This document shows, piece by piece, positions 49,868 to 59,403 of a DNA stretch of 64,000 nucleotides (its first letter is position 1; every line of letters begins with the position of its first letter). The DNA is from a virus (Duplodnaviria > Caudoviricetes): the IMG/VR virus record IMGVR_UViG_3300033072_000529, one strand, 5' to 3'. The translations under genes were made by a program, and so were the position numbers. The notes under the pieces are model-generated. The model did not search any database and was not told the DNA's origin. It saw only the letters and a program-made list of their open reading frames with translations.

Positions 49868-50668
49868 CTATTTTTGGGTGTTCACTATAGTTTTAATTTC
49901 TTCCGATTTAACACGCTGATTATATTCATGTTTTTTAGACCAATCGTAGTATTTATCCCATAATATAGATAATACAGTATATAACGATTTTAGAAACCGC
50001 TTCTTAATATTGGGTGGCATATCTCTATAATCATCATAATTGTTTATAATAGATCGAATATGTCTATTAATACTATGTTTATCAGCATACATGTTTAACC
50101 ATTTACCTTTTTGTAGCAATCTAATCCATTGATCATTTATGATTGCAGCTTGTTCTATAACTCTGGCATTGGTTTCTTTTCCTTGTGAAATATGCGGTTT
50201 ATCATCGTCCTGCCACATACTTTTTATTTTATTATCAACTTCCCAGGCATGTTGCAATTCGTGAGATATAGTGGATATTATATTAGTAGTGGAACCCATT
50301 TTCAATGTATTGATCAATGCTCTTTGTAGAGATGCAGTATTCAATCCGCGATATCGCGCACCTGTTCCAAGTATAGCAAAAATATAAAGTATTATGAGAT
50401 TGGTCGAAGGATGCGGGGAATATTCATCCCGTGCAGGAAGCCATATTGCGCGTGCATCTGACATTTCTGGATTTTTATAATTATTGAATGCCTTTAACAT
50501 AATTGTTAGAGGTTTTTTAAATCCTGGCACGCTGATAGTATTACTGCCGGACTGTAATGTTAATTTACCGTCTAAGATAGCATCTATTATAAATTGTGCA
50601 ATAATTCTAAAATTTATCACATTGGTCGCCCAATTTTTCTTTTCTAGGAAATATTTTAGAAATCGCAT
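49868..50668 (-). CDS. putative zincin metallopeptidase with leader
   Basis: ISHELQHAW, downstream E..A; MRFLKYFLE; TAAATA upstream. Confidence 0.6.
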   Translation of the reverse strand: MRFLKYFLEKKNWATNVINFRIIAQFIIDAILDGKLTLQSGSNTISVPGFKKPLTIMLKAFNNYKNPEMSDARAIWLPARDEYSPHPSTNLIILYIFAILGTGARYRGLNTASLQRALINTLKMGSTTNIISTISHELQHAWEVDNKIKSMWQDDDKPHISQGKETNARVIEQAAIINDQWIRLLQKGKWLNMYADKHSINRHIRSIINNYDDYRDMPPNIKKRFLKSLYTVLSILWDKYYDWSKKHEYNQRVKSEEIKTIVNTQK

Positions 50669-50679
50669 ATATGATATAT

Positions 50680-51264
50680 TTATACTACTTCCGCATCCAT
50701 CAACGTTTGTAGTTGGGCAGCTTGTTCTGCTGCTGGAGCATTTAATAATTTCAATACCTCAGTTGGATCAGCACGGAATATAAAGTTATTGGTCTGTTGT
50801 AGATTGGGTTTACCATCTCCGATAACTTTTGGATTATTACGTATCTTCATATCTGCGATCTTCTCTTTACTTTTAATTTGCATTTCCGTTATCTTCATTT
50901 TTTGATCTAGTTGTTTTTTACTATGCATGATTGATGTCATAGCTTTGATCAATTCTACATTGGATTTAGTTACACTGGCATATGATTCAATATGATCTGC
51001 ATCCCCTGAACTAGTGGCTGTATTTGCAGCAGACTCCAGTAATTCTCTATTCAAGTCCAGATTGTGTTTAATAGCCTTGAGTGCTTCATCCAACATTTTT
51101 TCTTCGTCTTTCAATACCGACATAACAGTGGGAGTTTCCCAATCATCTGGTGGACCATCTGAGTCAGGTACTATCTCTCCTTTATATAGATTAGGATCGG
51201 ATAGCGATCTGATCACATTATCGAAGTCGCTATCCTCTTCAGAGGATATTATGGTTTTTGACAT
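50680..51264 (-). CDS. gp16: terminase small subunit, gp16-like
   Basis: Two-helix core (L...A......E..A...K) and TNN.IF....E..KLL tail. Confidence 0.65.
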   Translation of the reverse strand: MSKTIISSEEDSDFDNVIRSLSDPNLYKGEIVPDSDGPPDDWETPTVMSVLKDEEKMLDEALKAIKHNLDLNRELLESAANTATSSGDADHIESYASVTKSNVELIKAMTSIMHSKKQLDQKMKITEMQIKSKEKIADMKIRNNPKVIGDGKPNLQQTNNFIFRADPTEVLKLLNAPAAEQAAQLQTLMDAEVV

Positions 51265-51294
51265 ATATTCATATTTATGGATAAATAGTGTATT

Positions 51295-51591
51295 ATGACC
51301 AAATTTATTATTGTTTCATTGGTTTTGAGTATGATGACTAGTTGTGTGTCATATACCCCCTCGGTGCCTGCTGCTCCCTCTCCTGCACCCATAGTTTCCA
51401 CTCAACCCGCAGTTATAAATGATTTTCCAATATACCCCAATCTTATAAAATATTCAGAAACACGTCCCCCTATAGTAGGTAAAATCGATAATGATTATCG
51501 AGTAACTGACGAATTTGTAAATAACTCAGTGCTACTCAAAAAGTATGCTGATCGCATAAATGCATGGAAGACTGAGCATAAAATTAAATAA
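51295..51591 (+). CDS. lipoprotein, o-spanin candidate
   Basis: Signal peptide with lipobox-like MTSC followed by a Pro-rich segment. Confidence 0.55.
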   Translation: MTKFIIVSLVLSMMTSCVSYTPSVPAAPSPAPIVSTQPAVINDFPIYPNLIKYSETRPPIVGKIDNDYRVTDEFVNNSVLLKKYADRINAWKTEHKIK

Positions 51592-51592
51592 T

Positions 51593-51838
51593 ATGGAACT
51601 AGAAGACAAATACCAATTTATATTGGAAAACCGAAACAAAACCCCCGAGCAAATTGAGTTAGCACAAAGACTCGCCAAAACTCAAGGATATCTACGAGGG
51701 ACATACTTACAAGTATATGCATTAGCGGGATATCTACAACAACAGAATAATCCGTTAGCTGAGAAATGTGAAGAATGGTCCCAACAACTAAGGGATATAT
51801 CTGACGCATTCGATAGTCATACGCAATACTTCAAGTAA
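51593..51838 (+). CDS. small helical protein with leader-like N-terminus
   Basis: MELEDKYQFILE; start reassigned to ATG 51593. Confidence 0.55.
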   Translation: MELEDKYQFILENRNKTPEQIELAQRLAKTQGYLRGTYLQVYALAGYLQQQNNPLAEKCEEWSQQLRDISDAFDSHTQYFK

Positions 51839-51850
51839 TAATTATAAAAG

Positions 51851-51886
51851 AAAAACCCCGACTGATTTTTCAGTCGGGGTTTTTTT
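51851..51886. terminator. bidirectional intrinsic terminator
   Basis: AAAAACCCCGACTGA...TCAGTCGGGGTTTTTTT between convergent genes. Confidence 0.85.
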
Positions 51887-51898
51887 ATTGGTTTGATA

Positions 51899-54800
51899 TT
51901 AGAAGGAGGTCTTGATACCCACTTGTTCTCTATCAACGATGATATCTACGTTTATGAACTTGGTAGTACGGGTGAAGCGAACAACCACGGCACAATTAAG
52001 AACACCTTGAGCAATGCTTTCCGCAGAGTTATTGTTCTCGTTACAGATGATGTCGTAACTTTCTAAGCCGCCATTATCTTGCATATACTTCGCCAACACA
52101 CGCAAATCACTGGTCACACGGGTACGAGTAACAATGTTGTTAGGTTGTCCAATGTATGATCTTAGTGTAGCCTGGATTGACTTAGCCAACCATATTGCAC
52201 CACGTACAATATAATCTTCTTTCAATGCAGATTCCTCACGTTGAAGTGTTAAAGTGTTCCAACGTGCATAACCACCTAGATCAGTCTTGATAACTGGGTT
52301 TATATTGATACGAGATAGTAAGTCACGTTCGCGTTGGTTTGGATTGATAGCGATATCTATAACATTGTTATAGGCACCATTTTCATAACCTAATGCCGCA
52401 GTCCACGGATATTTCTTGAAATCATTACGAGCATATAATGCTGCCAAGTGAGCAGATGGGCCAACCCATAGGAATTGGTCAGAATCAGAATCATATACTT
52501 TCACCCATAGACCATCAGTAACAGTGAACGGAGATGCCGCACCGCTAAAGTTGTTCTTCAAGTATGCCCATATATTTCTGCTAAAGGTCGAATACTTATC
52601 AGTAGGTTGTCCAGTAGCAGGATCAAGAGTCAATTTCTTCTGACGGTTGACTACTTTATAATCTTTACCGTTCACGAATATTTGACGAATTGGGTCTTGT
52701 ATATGGAAGTGTTCTGTTCCCCCTGCATCCTTGCGAGTATAGCGACCGAAGTTGCTGAATATATTATAGATTGTTTGCCAACCGTTTAATATATTGCTTG
52801 TCATGGTAGTACCATCGAAAGGACTCAAGGAAGAGGTATCCACATAATATGAATCATCGTAGTTATAGCAGACAGATGGATCAGTGATACAGTGGTCAGC
52901 TTGTACAGCATAACGGGTAGCCCATATAGTTGATAGACCTGCGTCGATTGTTATATCGATAGGGAAATCGGATGGGTTTTCCATCAGCATAAGCGCACGT
53001 TCCAATTTAGCAGGAAGATTACCTATATCTTTCTTCTGACATAGTTCGTATACTGCATCACGGCAGAAACCACTGTAGGAACCTAGACCATATAGTTTAT
53101 CACCATAGGCCGCCAGAGCTTTTTCTGCTTGGAAATTACCAAACACTTCCGCAGTTTTTTCGCGATACATACGAACCGTTTTTTGTGGCAAACCAGATGC
53201 ATCATTCCAGCAGTTATTAGTTGCTAGGTATGGGTTGACTTTCACCTTCAAGAAATTAGAACCGTTATTAACAGTTGGCTCCAAGAAGAATGATCGGTCA
53301 GGACCACCATATTGGTCATGCACTTTACGATTAGCATTCAATGAACCTACGAATGTTTCCACTCTGCGAGACTCTAATTTATTAATCGTGTCAGTTAATT
53401 GTGTAGGACGTAGACGGAATAGGTTTACAACCAAGGAATCTTTATATTTTGCTTCACCGAAATCGGTTCCAGCAGAATCTTCGATTATTTGGGAGATTGA
53501 TCCGCCATTGGTCGCACTGAAAGTAGAAGATATATCAAAGTTCCAACGGTCAGCAGGAACATCGATCCAGTTACCCGATACACCAGGGCATACTTCTTGA
53601 TAATAACCAGCAACACCAGTCAATGCATCAAAATCAGTAGCAGGGTTCACGTTAAGGTTATCATTTACGGCTAGGTAATAACCGCTGAAATCTTCTAACT
53701 GAGCTGATTTTGCTTCATTTATAACTATGATACCTGCGCGAACATCATTACCTACCACATCCAATGCAGGCTCCACGTTTTCAAATGTACCACACTTCCA
53801 GGTAAATTGATCATTCAAGAATAGGTCATATTCGCTGGCATTCAATTGCTTGGATATTGGTTGACCCAATACATAGAAGTTAGCATCATTTAAGGTAGCA
53901 TCACCCGTTAATGGATAGAAATTATATTTGTCTTTCTCTGGAACTTGAAGACCTAATGATGTAATAGTTTGGCAAGATAGACCTGCTTCTACTGGAACAG
54001 TGCAGAATTGTATTAACAAATCTTGCGTGCTGGCATCAATTGCCGAATTCACCACGGAGAATGTACGACCGGCTGATAGTTGTGACAGAGTAGTTAGATC
54101 AGTTTTATATGAATTTGCTACACCTGGATTGGCGTTGAAATACTTCAACACTGGTCCTCCTGCTAAGGAATATGTACCAAATATATCGCCTGCTGATAAT
54201 TGTATACCACTGATGGTTTGCCCTGATAGCAAACCTGCTGTCACGGTATATGGTCGAGCATATACGGTGTTAGTTAGGTCCACGATCAAACGCTTAGCAT
54301 CATTCGATAGATTTGCGGCATTTTCATCTTTCGTCACAAAGATAGATGATAGATTTATAGATGTTACGATTGAATATGATGTGCTATATGTTGATGATGT
54401 TGGGCGAAGTTGAAAAATTCTCAAATCTTCTGCATCCGCATCTGCATCCACAACAAACTTAAATCCAGTCAAGATGGAATCATATTGAGTAGGAGTATCA
54501 TGTAGGTATAGATAACCTGGGTCTTCATCTAAAGATGCTAGAGGGCAATTTAGGTTAGCTGAACCTAAACATATGGATGAATTGACGAAGTGGGCAGTGT
54601 ACAACCACGGGAAATTAACACGGCAATTCGCTTCATCCACATTGCGATAATAATCGCACGGATTGATTTCCACGGCACTAACACCTATAACTGGAAACAC
54701 TAGGGCATTGACATGATCAGAATAACCTAATCCTAATCCGCTACCAGGAGCAAGGCGAGTGAATACTACATTGGCAGGGGAATCCTCTGTCAATTCTTTT

Positions 54801-55024
54801 ACAGCTTGTGCTGCATATCGTTCTGCTGCGGTTTCTGGTATACCAAATATTTCACGCCATTCGGCATATGAACTGACACTGGTTGGTTCCTCAACTGGTC
54901 CTTGGGGTGCATAACCAAATACTGGAATGCTAGTGCCAGTATTAGTTGTAACGCCTCTAGAGCGGTCTTGAATATCCACGTTCACATATGGTGATTCTCT
55001 TTTTCTAAAATTTTGTGTGGGCAT
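51899..55024 (-). CDS. gp18: tail sheath protein, gp18-like, enlarged
   Basis: SP.V.V...D.S, G.A..GP..EP, W.A..G...G, NP....RD.L....INP, IG.PN...TR, IC.E.NN....I. Confidence 0.92.
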   Translation of the reverse strand: MPTQNFRKRESPYVNVDIQDRSRGVTTNTGTSIPVFGYAPQGPVEEPTSVSSYAEWREIFGIPETAAERYAAQAVKELTEDSPANVVFTRLAPGSGLGLGYSDHVNALVFPVIGVSAVEINPCDYYRNVDEANCRVNFPWLYTAHFVNSSICLGSANLNCPLASLDEDPGYLYLHDTPTQYDSILTGFKFVVDADADAEDLRIFQLRPTSSTYSTSYSIVTSINLSSIFVTKDENAANLSNDAKRLIVDLTNTVYARPYTVTAGLLSGQTISGIQLSAGDIFGTYSLAGGPVLKYFNANPGVANSYKTDLTTLSQLSAGRTFSVVNSAIDASTQDLLIQFCTVPVEAGLSCQTITSLGLQVPEKDKYNFYPLTGDATLNDANFYVLGQPISKQLNASEYDLFLNDQFTWKCGTFENVEPALDVVGNDVRAGIIVINEAKSAQLEDFSGYYLAVNDNLNVNPATDFDALTGVAGYYQEVCPGVSGNWIDVPADRWNFDISSTFSATNGGSISQIIEDSAGTDFGEAKYKDSLVVNLFRLRPTQLTDTINKLESRRVETFVGSLNANRKVHDQYGGPDRSFFLEPTVNNGSNFLKVKVNPYLATNNCWNDASGLPQKTVRMYREKTAEVFGNFQAEKALAAYGDKLYGLGSYSGFCRDAVYELCQKKDIGNLPAKLERALMLMENPSDFPIDITIDAGLSTIWATRYAVQADHCITDPSVCYNYDDSYYVDTSSLSPFDGTTMTSNILNGWQTIYNIFSNFGRYTRKDAGGTEHFHIQDPIRQIFVNGKDYKVVNRQKKLTLDPATGQPTDKYSTFSRNIWAYLKNNFSGAASPFTVTDGLWVKVYDSDSDQFLWVGPSAHLAALYARNDFKKYPWTAALGYENGAYNNVIDIAINPNQRERDLLSRININPVIKTDLGGYARWNTLTLQREESALKEDYIVRGAIWLAKSIQATLRSYIGQPNNIVTRTRVTSDLRVLAKYMQDNGGLESYDIICNENNNSAESIAQGVLNCAVVVRFTRTTKFINVDIIVDREQVGIKTSF

Positions 55025-55090
55025 ATAGATTATATTTATCTAAATACCGGAAATATCACTTATGGGGTAAATACAAGGCGGGAGTCTGAT

Positions 55091-55729
55091 CTAACGTATA
55101 CGTTTCATCAATAATTTAGAAAACGCAAATGTGAAAGTCGAATGCAACTCATCAATTTCTTTGTAATTAAAATTGACTGCCCCTAAATTAGTGGGATATG
55201 CGTTCGTATATATAAACTCTGTAACAGCAGTATCGTACTCATCTAGAACTTGCAGGGTGAAATCCACCGAGTACTCTTCTAATCGGCCAATATTATTACC
55301 CGATTTACTAGAATCATATATAGATGTAGCTGGATCGTTCAACAATGCCAACCATTGCCAAATAACATAATAGTTTGAGAAATTATTATCTATAGTGAAA
55401 TTAACTTGTATTGGTGGATATGCAGGGCGAGTATATGATGTGAATTTCATAGTTTGTCCTGCTCTAGTTATATCAATAGCAGGTACAGATATTTCCGGCA
55501 ACACGTTACCCCATATTCTATATTGCAATCTATCCATATTACCCCCAAAACACTCTACATCCTCTTGTATATAATATTTGCGGAGTGTTTTAGGTATAGA
55601 TATAATCAAACGGAATTTATCTTTCCTAGCAGCATTTAAATTCGATTGTCTGTCAGTGTAATAGCCATTGACTATATCCTTGACATTTGTATCGCATACA
55701 ATCTGCGGTTCCGGTGGACGTTGACTCAT
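55091..55729 (-). CDS. tail completion protein gp3-like (tail-tube fold family)
   Basis: LP.IS, F.ID....NY..I..W, D.TL.VL, F....P..LG...F. Confidence 0.7.
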   Translation of the reverse strand: MSQRPPEPQIVCDTNVKDIVNGYYTDRQSNLNAARKDKFRLIISIPKTLRKYYIQEDVECFGGNMDRLQYRIWGNVLPEISVPAIDITRAGQTMKFTSYTRPAYPPIQVNFTIDNNFSNYYVIWQWLALLNDPATSIYDSSKSGNNIGRLEEYSVDFTLQVLDEYDTAVTEFIYTNAYPTNLGAVNFNYKEIDELHSTFTFAFSKLLMKRIR

Positions 55730-55741
55730 ATAAACTACTTA

Positions 55742-58480
55742 TTATACCAGTCTCCATCCATTAGCGAGCATAATGCTTGTATCATCCGCAGGAGTATTAT
55801 ATAGCCCATATTTTGATTCAAGTCGATCCACATACATAGGTAAAGGGTCCACATATCTATTACCATTATTGGCTACTTTCGGGTTTCCTTCTCGAAATGA
55901 TTGTATTGCTAAATCATAGTTAGGATCACGGATTCTCGCAGGATTTCCTGCATCATCATATTCAATAACATCTAGATATTTCTCTGCTAGACGTTTATCC
56001 AACAGTATCAATGCCCATAATAATGCCATATAATGGTCATCAGTGTGTCCTTCCATAGCACCCCATTTTCTAGTATTTCCATCTTTGCGAACAAACGTTT
56101 CAAATTCTCGCACCGTTTTGATATCATATACCGTTAATGCCTCTAGATTCTCCACCCAATAACGCAAATTGGTGATACCCATAGTTTTAGAATTAGTGTG
56201 ACAGAATATACCTGGTTTTTGATAATATCCGCGTTTATCATTGTCCATATTATAGGTGACGATATTGTCGATACCGTGTACGTTCATCAGATTGTCCAGT
56301 ACGATACCACCTTCTTTATTTGACTCCACACATATATAAGGGCGTCCCCATGCAGGAACAATGTTGGCGATTCGTTCTGCAAATATATTAGGTAATATGG
56401 TATTAGTGTAATATTTGGCCACCTGTCTAATATCAGCCAAATCCGTAATATCTAATATTTGACAAACAGAATAATCCTTCCCTACCCCTTCTGCTGTGTC
56501 AATGCCAAACACATATATATGTCCTTCTTCCGGCATTTCCCATATTTCATATTCTCCATCGTTAAACACGTATTTCGGCGGTATACACTGCTGTTTCATA
56601 CGTTCGATCAATCCTGCATTTATGGACCCTGATCCAGATTCTAAGAATTGTAGCTCGAATTCTTGATTCCACATGTTCATATCATAATTGATAGTGCGCA
56701 ACTGTTCCAATTTCCAATTATCATCTCTACCTGGAATTTGTGACCAATGGATTTTACAACTAACCCATCCATCTGTATCTTTTCCGCTTTCAGCTTGAGA
56801 ATATATTTCGTAAAATTTATTTCCTCTACCGTTAGGTGTCTGGTGTCCAACAACACCATTATATATCACTGAATGGCTCCAATCCCATGGATCAGGTTCA
56901 GACGTATTGTTCAGTGATACATCATATACCGGTAAGTCGCCTAACGCAATTTTATGTGTTATGGTATCCCATTTTATATTATCTTCTCCTACATCCACCG
57001 CACGATCAATATCATATCTATGAGAGAATATAGTAGTGTAAAGATTTTCCGACTGTAGTGTGTAAATGGTATCATTTAAGGTAAAATCCTTCGTTAAGGT
57101 GGTTAGCACACCAAAATTCAATAGAAGTAGCCGTACCTGTTCAATCAATTTATATGATGCGGTGCGTAGCTGTATACTATCATTTGTATCTAAGGGTATA
57201 TATCCCGAAATAGCATATATACCTTTCAACATTGCTAATATATTAGGTTTGCTCATGGATAGCAATCTAGTCGGTATACTGTATGTCAGGGTTCGGGATA
57301 GTCTTCCATTGTCTACGGTTATTTCCGATGGGTCAAATCCAATATATCTAAGGAAATTTAATGTATTTTCGGAGGATGAGTGTTCCGGGTTTACGGTATA
57401 CCATCTAGCTCTAGCTATATATAACCCCAGGATATAACATATACTAGGTGTTAAGGTAGAGGTTTTGAATGTATCATTTGGATCGACATCTAATGGTATG
57501 AAATCGGATACATCATCGTTAGAACCCCATTGATTCATTCCATATCGAATAGCTATTCTGTCCCCCACCTCTAATTGTCCGCTTTCCCACCAATCATATT
57601 TCCCGTTTTTATATGCGAATAACTTATGATTCGTGGAACATTTAAGTATACTGTTGCTAGTGACAAATTCATTTACTGGAGCTAGACCGTTATTAACTAC
57701 TATAGTGCCCTTATTTAATGTGTTTTTACCCTGTACAACGTATTCTGGTACTTCATATGCTCCTGTATTATTCTGATCAGGTATAAGATCGATTATTTGT
57801 TTTGGACCTTGATCTGTAAACAGCATTGTATCCCCTGTGACACAACTGACTAATATCAATTTAGATTTCTTCGATGAACTCAATGTAGGAATGATTGATT
57901 TAAAAAATGGATCAGCCACTTCTTTTCTGACGTGGGCGAACTCGTCAATGAACAACATGTTAATAGACTTACCACGAATAGCATCTGCGGATGTAGTGGA
58001 TACCAATATTCTAGACCCATTGGTTAATTTGACTTGCTCTTTTGTGAAATCCCATACACCGGATTTCAACCAATTAGGGATTTCCTCATATGCTAATTTT
58101 ATTCTCTCTAGGATTTCCTTGGCTTGATCTTCTTTGTTTGCAAGAATAGCAATAGTATAATCCGTTTTAAATAAAGCATACCATAGACATATAACCGTCA
58201 ACAGCGTAGTTTTGCCGACCTGCCGACTAGCGCATACTACTGTTCTTCGATTGTTTACAATTTTTAATATTGCTTCTTTTTGTGGGTCATATAATTGAAT
58301 ACGGTGTCTTGGTGGTTCCGCATCCATTTCAATAATAAAGAAATAGTTTTCTGCGAAATACAATACATCATTTTTACATTTTTTATATTCTTCTAATAAT
58401 GCAGGTGTCCATTCTACATCGACTTTGATAGGTAGATTTTCATTATTGTTAAGATATTTGTCACTTTTCCTCTTAGCCAT
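55742..58480 (-). CDS. gp17: terminase large subunit gp17-like, intein-containing
   Basis: RQVGKT Walker A, AIRGKS...LFIDEFAH, S/TPNG, QEF, GID.AEG.G.DYS, ESN, DD..MAL; start reassigned to ATG 58480. Confidence 0.95.
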   Translation of the reverse strand: MAKRKSDKYLNNNENLPIKVDVEWTPALLEEYKKCKNDVLYFAENYFFIIEMDAEPPRHRIQLYDPQKEAILKIVNNRRTVVCASRQVGKTTLLTVICLWYALFKTDYTIAILANKEDQAKEILERIKLAYEEIPNWLKSGVWDFTKEQVKLTNGSRILVSTTSADAIRGKSINMLFIDEFAHVRKEVADPFFKSIIPTLSSSKKSKLILVSCVTGDTMLFTDQGPKQIIDLIPDQNNTGAYEVPEYVVQGKNTLNKGTIVVNNGLAPVNEFVTSNSILKCSTNHKLFAYKNGKYDWWESGQLEVGDRIAIRYGMNQWGSNDDVSDFIPLDVDPNDTFKTSTLTPSICYILGLYIARARWYTVNPEHSSSENTLNFLRYIGFDPSEITVDNGRLSRTLTYSIPTRLLSMSKPNILAMLKGIYAISGYIPLDTNDSIQLRTASYKLIEQVRLLLLNFGVLTTLTKDFTLNDTIYTLQSENLYTTIFSHRYDIDRAVDVGEDNIKWDTITHKIALGDLPVYDVSLNNTSEPDPWDWSHSVIYNGVVGHQTPNGRGNKFYEIYSQAESGKDTDGWVSCKIHWSQIPGRDDNWKLEQLRTINYDMNMWNQEFELQFLESGSGSINAGLIERMKQQCIPPKYVFNDGEYEIWEMPEEGHIYVFGIDTAEGVGKDYSVCQILDITDLADIRQVAKYYTNTILPNIFAERIANIVPAWGRPYICVESNKEGGIVLDNLMNVHGIDNIVTYNMDNDKRGYYQKPGIFCHTNSKTMGITNLRYWVENLEALTVYDIKTVREFETFVRKDGNTRKWGAMEGHTDDHYMALLWALILLDKRLAEKYLDVIEYDDAGNPARIRDPNYDLAIQSFREGNPKVANNGNRYVDPLPMYVDRLESKYGLYNTPADDTSIMLANGWRLV
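56840..57844 (-). mobile_element. intein (335 aa) in TerL, C-terminal Gln, degenerate LAGLIDADG domain
   Basis: ILVS|CVTGDT...C.TNH...VYD.....H...NG...HQ|TPNG; removal restores STPNG. Confidence 0.9.
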
Positions 58481-58525
58481 ATGCATTACTTAACAAAATA
58501 AATCAGAATTGTATAAATAAAGTAT

Positions 58526-59329
58526 ATGTTAAACATCGATAATCAACCGAATTTAGTTAGTGCATACGAATCAATCTACAATCAACAAGTCCCTGTATTA
58601 GAAAGTACAGACACTGATACCGATGATACCGATGCAAAAGTGCCAGCCTCTAAAAAGAAAGTAGCTGGCAAAGGTAAAAAGAGTGCTGCTGCTACCAATT
58701 ATGGTGCAGAATCCGTGGATTATGGTTCATATATGTCTACTCTTCTTAAGCAAATAGGTGTTCACGAAGAATTTGATCTGGATGGTTCTGGTGATACTGG
58801 GGAAACTTTTGACTTTGAAGGTGGTGAAGAAGGCGAAGAAGATGAAGGTGAAGAAGATGAGCAAATTTCAGTATCAAAATCTCAGTTACAAGAAATCATC
58901 GACCTTCTACAAGGTTTGATTGGTGGAATGGATGATGGTTTGGTTGCTACCGCAGGTTCTGATAATGTGTTTGACGACGGTGCAGGGTTAGACGATGACG
59001 ATTCTATCCCATCTGAAGGTTACGCATTCAGTGGTGGTGGTAGCGAACATGGCGACCAAGGTACTTATGACGGCAAGGCTAAAACCCAATCCGCAAGCAC
59101 TCACGTTAAATCTAACGGGGATGCAAAAGTAGGCCAAACCCAAAAGACTGGTTATAAACCAGGTCAGAATGGTGCGGGCGCTGCAAAAGAACATGGTGCA
59201 AAGGGTGATTATTCCGGCAAGGCTAAAACCCAATCCGCAAGCACTCACGTCAAACCTAATGGTGATGCAAAAGTAGGCCAAACCCAAACAACTGGTTATG
59301 GTAAAAAAATCAAAGAAGATTTACTATAA
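58526..59329 (+). CDS. acidic/Gly-rich low-complexity late protein, probable prohead core component
   Basis: TATAAATA upstream, own terminator, acidic tract, 48-aa-period duplication. Confidence 0.6.
   Translation: MLNIDNQPNLVSAYESIYNQQVPVLESTDTDTDDTDAKVPASKKKVAGKGKKSAAATNYGAESVDYGSYMSTLLKQIGVHEEFDLDGSGDTGETFDFEGGEEGEEDEGEEDEQISVSKSQLQEIIDLLQGLIGGMDDGLVATAGSDNVFDDGAGLDDDDSIPSEGYAFSGGGSEHGDQGTYDGKAKTQSASTHVKSNGDAKVGQTQKTGYKPGQNGAGAAKEHGAKGDYSGKAKTQSASTHVKPNGDAKVGQTQTTGYGKKIKEDLL
59071..59299 (+). repeat. direct repeat, period 144 nt (GKAKTQSASTHVKxNGDAKVGQTQxTGY x2)
   Basis: Copies start at 59071 and 59215. Confidence 0.9.
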
Positions 59330-59348
59330 TAACACGATAACATAATTT

Positions 59349-59380
59349 AAAGGCGATAGGTTTAAACCTATCGCCTTTTT
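59349..59380 (+). terminator. intrinsic terminator (perfect 30-bp palindrome)
   Basis: AAAGGCGATAGGTTT/AAACCTATCGCCTTT then TT. Confidence 0.8.
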
Positions 59381-59403
59381 GTTTTATAGTTATAAATATT
59401 GAT

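Noticed and set aside
55091-55729. Major tail tube gp19
   Set aside because: The F.ID..NY..I..W pattern fits gp3-type paralogues better; not resolvable without a profile search
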